This document shows positions 53,301 through 59,300 of a stretch of 64,000 nucleotides of DNA, piece after piece (positions within the stretch are counted from its first letter, which is position 1; every line of letters starts with the position of its first letter). The notes under the pieces are model-generated. The model did not search any database. It was not told where the DNA came from and was given only the letters and a program-made list of their open reading frames with translations. The DNA is from Parachlamydiales bacterium (GTDB lineage: Bacteria > Chlamydiota > Chlamydiia > Chlamydiales > Rhabdochlamydiaceae). The stretch is from contig OY970065.1 of NCBI GenBank assembly GCA_963705295.1, positions 1,888,001-1,952,000 of the forward strand, written 5' to 3'. The position numbers and the translations under genes were made by a program.

Positions 53301-56300
53301 GCTTAGTTGCAGAGGTCCAGTCGGAAAGTTCGCCCTGTACATAAAAGGGAGTCTGATCAAAATCAATGTTAGAGTTTTTTTGTTCTGAATGGAGAGAAGG
53401 GACAAGTTTTTTATGCTTCATTTGGAGTAATACCTTCGTAAGACCGCAAATACCTGCGGCAGCCTCCAAGTGGCCAACATTTGATTTAACGGAACCGATC
53501 GAACAAAATTGCTTGTCTTTTGTATGTTGTCCAAATGCCTGACTCAATCCAGTGACTTCGATCGGGTCACCAAGTGCAGTACCAGTGCCATGTGCTTCCA
53601 TGTAGCTGATCGTCCGCGGATTAATTCCCGCCTGTTGGATTGCTTCGGTAATCAAATCCCTTTGAGCATTAGGACTTGGCACTGTATAACCATGCGTTCT
53701 TCCACCGTGATTGACCGCTGAGCTTTTTATAACGCCATAAATTCTGTCGCCATCTTCCAAAGCCGCTGATAAAGGCTTGAGCAAGACGACACCCACTCCT
53801 TCTCCGGGTACATAACCATCTCCACCTGCACCAAAACTGCGGCAGTGACCCTCCGTTGACAGAAATTGATTCTGGCTTAAAAAAAGATATTTACTGGAAT
53901 GGAGAGATAGATTGACACCACCAGCGATGGCGTAGTGCGACTCTCCTTGTTTTAGGCTCATGCACGCCATATGTAAAGCTGTCAGCGAGGAAGAGCAGGC
54001 TGTATCGACAACAAGGCTAGGGCCTTGAAAACCAAAAAAATAAGAAACGCGATTTGCAATACTGTAAAGTAAACCGCTAGGAGCTACCGTATTGCCTTTT
54101 AACGTCTCTTCCACTCCGATGTTGACGTAAGGTTGCCACAAAGCTCCAACAAATACGCCGACCTTGTTCGATTTTTTTCGAATGGTTTCTGCTGTGTAAC
54201 CTGCATCTTCAAGTACTTCCCAAGATGCTTGTAAAAAGAGCCGCTCTTGAGGATCTAGAAGAGCAGCTTCACGAGGTGAAATGTTGAAAAATAAAGGATC
54301 GAATTGATCTATCCCATCGATAAAACCGCCCCATTTGCTATAGATTTTTCCGCTCTCTCTATCACCGTCAAAATAATTTAGATAATCAAAACGGTCAGGG
54401 GGAATTTCTGTAATGCAATCCAAGCCATTTTGGAGATTGTCCCAAAATTCACTTAAGTTTTTTGCTTTAGGATAACGACCGCTTAATCCGATTATCGCAA
54501 TATCTTGTTGGATATTCGAAATTGGTTTTATTTCGCTTGGATGTGTTGGAGACACTTCTACTAATTCAAGGAGACGCTTAGAGTGATGTGTGGTGAAATA
54601 TTGGGCTAGTTCAGCTATATTGCTGTATTCGAAAAATAAAGTCTTCGAAAGTCGCCCAAATTTTTCTTCTAATAGGCTATTTAATTGCATAACCATAATG
54701 GAGTTAATGCCGTATTTCTCGAATGCCGCATAAGAGTCCATTTCGTCAGGTTGTAACTGAATAGCTTTTGAGAGAATTTCTTTAAGATATTGTTCTGCGA
54801 CTGCGGAAGAGGATGTTGCTACAGGATGACGTTGATCGTCCCCTATCTCTGAGCTCACTTGCAGGCTTTCTTCTTTCAATCCTTTAATGGCAAAAGCATT
54901 GAGCTTAATCAGTAAGTCTCCTTCTTTATTGCAGACAATTAAGTTAAATTTTTTCAGAAATTTATCATTAGTTGTGGGAACAACTTGCGAATACACATAA
55001 CAAGAGGATGTCAATGGTTGGTAAATCTCAAGTTCATCAATTGCGATAGGAATATAGTGTAGGCCATCACAATTACAAGTAAATCGATTGCTAATTAATG
55101 CAGTTTGAAAGACCCCTGTTAATAAACTGGGGTGCAAGAAATACTCATCTGCTCCATCGCTGATTTCCTTCGGTAAAACTAAGGTTGCTAATGCCTCGTG
55201 CTTATTTAAAGCGATTTCTTGCATGGGCATAAAGGTTGGACCTACATGCAAACCCTCGGAGATGATTTGTCGATAGATTTCCTTGGGATATTGAATAGTA
55301 TTGCACCTTTGTCGAATGGCAGCCAAATCCAACCGCTCAGCACTCAGAGAAGATTGGACATTTGTTTCAAATATCACGTCACCAATCGCGTGAATCACCT
55401 TATTGCCTTGAGTGTCGATGCTACTAATCTCATACCGGGTTTTATCTTTCTCATGGACAAGCTGAGTGTAAGCAGTAAATTTGTCCCCCTCAGAAGAAAG
55501 CTGTTTAGCCCAATAATTATTCATCAATTTTTTTATTTGTTTGTGAGGGCCTGAAAGCATTGCAGCTTGTCTGGCCATTTCAATATAACAAGCCCCTGGC
55601 ACGTTATATTTTCCATTCACAATGTGATCGACCATGTAAAATTCAGAACAATCAAATGTTTTTTCAAATCGGTCGGATCCTTGTGATGAATCCATTACAT
55701 CAATAAGAGAAGATTGGATCGAAGCAGAATCAGATAAGATTTGGTCTTGGTACAGAACAAGCAGGGATTGAATCAATTCTTCAATCGTACTCCCTTCAAA
55801 GAAAACAGTCGGTTTAACGTAGATTTTGTATCTGTCTTTTATAACACTGACCAACTTTAGAGAAATCAGTGAATCTAATCCAAAATCACTAATATATTTC
55901 TTCCGATCGAGGGCAGATTCTTCACAATTAAATTCCTTAGCTAAGATTTTAACTATATTTTCCTCAAATTCTTTAAGAGGAACTTGTGTTCTTATTTTGG
56001 AACTGAGCCTAGAAATTCCAAATTGTCGATCAATTTTATGTTGATCTCCGTTGATAGCAATCAACTGGTGAAAAGAATGGTCTCGCGCCATAAGCAGCCC
56101 CTCTTCAAAGACCTGCATACCTAATTCTTTTTCTAATGCTTTCATTCCAAAATTTTCGAACAGATGAGTTTCCTCTTCTACCGTGACCGACATTCCCCCT
56201 TCACGCCATAAAGGCCAATTAATGCTTAAGGTAATTCCAGTCCGTTCTTTTAAAGAAACCAGCTTGTTTCGATAGGCAGAAAACTCATCTAGAAAGCTGT

Positions 56301-59300
56301 TGGCAGCAGCGTAATCACACTGACCCTGGTTTGGAATAAGGGCAGCAATGGAAGAAAATAAGACAAAGAAATCGAGCGGCCATTCTTTTGATAGATCGTC
56401 GATATGGATAGCGCCGTACAATTTAGGTCCAATGACTTTGGCAAAAGATTCGTGTTTTTTACGTAAAATGAAAGAATCATCGATAGCACCAGCTCCATGA
56501 ATGATTCCATGCACATGTTTAAATTTTTTATGGATTGATCTGAAAACTTTTTTTAATTCTTTAAAATCAGTAACATCAGCAACAAAATACTCTGCCTGTC
56601 CTCCCTCTTGATTGATCTGAGAAAGTAAAGATAGAATAGAATCATTAACAGGTGTACGACCGATTAATATAATTGTCGCCTGATAATTTCTAGATAAATA
56701 AGTCGCAAAAAATGAACCTAATCCTCCTGCCCCACCGGTAATAATATAAACGCCCTTGTTTCTTATCAAACTCGATAGAGAACTAGATCGACTTTTGTCT
56801 TCACATCGCTTAATGACTCGAGCAAGACGGGTTTGATTCACATATCTCACTTCGGACAATACAGTATCCTTAGTATTCATCCATTCTTTGATCACTATTT
56901 CTGTATTAGAGGGATTATCTAATCCGATAGAGAGATAATTAAAGCGAGGATTTTCATACTTTAGAGTTCTTGCGAACCCAGCAACAATGCTATTAAGAGG
57001 ATTGTTGTTTTGAACGTATAGATATAAAAGTTTAACTTGGGACGAAAGTTTACTGGAAATCAACGCACGTGACAGATGCAACAAACTATAAACTCCATCT
57101 TCTAAGAACCGATCGACTCTTGACTTTTGGTTTAAAGCGATCATTTCAGTTATTAAATTCCAAGAATGAACCATGTGGGTAGGCGGGATACGATGCTGAG
57201 CCAGAAAAGAGAGTAATTTTTCATAACTACTTACCTCTTTCGGATTGATGCAAATGACAATAGTATCCGCAGTTTCGCTGAGAATTTTAAATTCAGAGGC
57301 AACCCGAACAGAGACAATTTTGATTTCAGGAGCAAATTGACGCAGCGAAGTTGAAACTTTCCCATCAAACTCAAAAAGAATGATCCACTCTATTTGAGAG
57401 GAAAGTTGACCAACGATCGATTGGGGCTCCCAAACAGAATGATAATAGAGGTTTTCAGACTGCAATACACGTTTGGCAAAAGACCGAATCTGAGCCATCA
57501 GATTTCCGTGCAGATCGTAAAATGACAGGTTAAATCGAACCATTCCATCCTTCTGAGGTTTTAACCTTTCTACATGGACATAAAAGCTAGAAGGTAATGG
57601 AGATAGTATATCGATTGTCTCAGCATAATAGGGTACTAGTTGTCCCAGTGTCTGTCCGATACCATAAATGGTGAATCCGACGACTGTCTGAAATGCACCA
57701 TCAATAATAGCTGTGTACATTCCCGGTTTATTTTTCAGTTCATCCCCAATTCTTAATTCCGCAAATGCTTCATTTTCATTACAATAAAACCGCTCAATTA
57801 CTCTTAACGAAGGGCCATAGGCCAAACCATAAGAACTAAACGACTGGTAAAGCTCCGTTTTAGATATCTCTCGAGAACATCTCGAAAGGATTTGGTTTAA
57901 ATCTGTATGAATGGGTGAATCTAATACTGGGTTGGGCTCGCTGAAGATTCCCTGAGAATGTACAATTCCTTCACTTTGAATAATGAAGTTTTTCTCTTCA
58001 TTCGAAGATCTAATTTGTATTGTGAGATCCGTTTTAGGTCGGATAGGAACCAACCAAAACACATCTTTAAACTGAATTCTTTTACCAACTGCAATACTTT
58101 TTGATAAAACAAGTTCCAAATGCGCTGCTCCAGGCATCATTGAATGCGCTTGGACAACATGTTCACGAATAAAAAAATCGTCTTCGTTTATCACAAGATT
58201 TACTTGATCTGTAGACTCTTTTGGAGAGGGAAGGGATTGTATTAAATCCCTTTGTAGAGCAGGTCTTTTTAAATTTTCTGCCCAACAACTCTTCTTTGAA
58301 AAAGGATAGCCCGGCAATGGCAAACGTTGAAGTTTGGTTTTCCCATACAATCCGACCCAATCAATAATGACTCCCGAAGTCCATGCTTTTGCAAGCTTTA
58401 ACCAATCCCGGTGTTTCCATATATGTTCAATATCAACATCTTTGTTTGCGACAGTTTGCTTTACAATATTATAAAAATACTCAGATTGATTTTTTTGATT
58501 TAAGAAACAATCCAATTTGTTCTTTAATTCAGAAATGGATTTGACAATAAAACAAACACGTTCTTCGTATTCATTTCTTCCAACTTGTAAAGTATAAGCC
58601 AGGTTACTTAACTCACAATTATCAATATTAATTAATTTACCTGAATCATTAAGATAGTTAAATAAACTTTGAGCATAGGGTTGTAAGCGACCTTCTCTAG
58701 CAGAAAGAAGAATTAAGTGATCCCCTGAGATATTTTCATTCTGGACTTTGATAATAGGAGATTCTTCTAATAGAACATGAGCATTCACACCGCCCATACC
58801 AAAGGCGCTGATACCAGCTCTCCTTGGAACAGCTTTATTATTCAATATTACTGGTGACCATACCTTTCTATCAGTAACGATATAAAATTGACTGTTATTC
58901 AATTCAATATGAGGGTTGATTTGCTCAAAATGTAATAAACCTGGCAGTTGTTTATGTTGCATTGATAGTAAGACTTTAATCATGCCCGCGATACCAGATG
59001 CGCTTTCTAGATGTCCAATATTGGTCTTTACTGAACCTAAACCACAATATTGAGTGAGGGGAGCATTTAAATTTGAAAATGCTTTTTTTAGACCATTTAT
59101 TTCGATAGGATCTCCGAGAGATGTACCCGTACCATGTGCCTCGATGTAGGTGATTGTCTCTGGATGTATATCTGCCTGCTTGATCGCAGATTCCACAACT
59201 TTCGCTTGCGCGTTCGCATTGGGTGCTGTGAGAAAATTTGATTTACCACCGTGATTGATAGCAGAGCCTATCAGCACACCGTGAATGTGATCTCCATCTA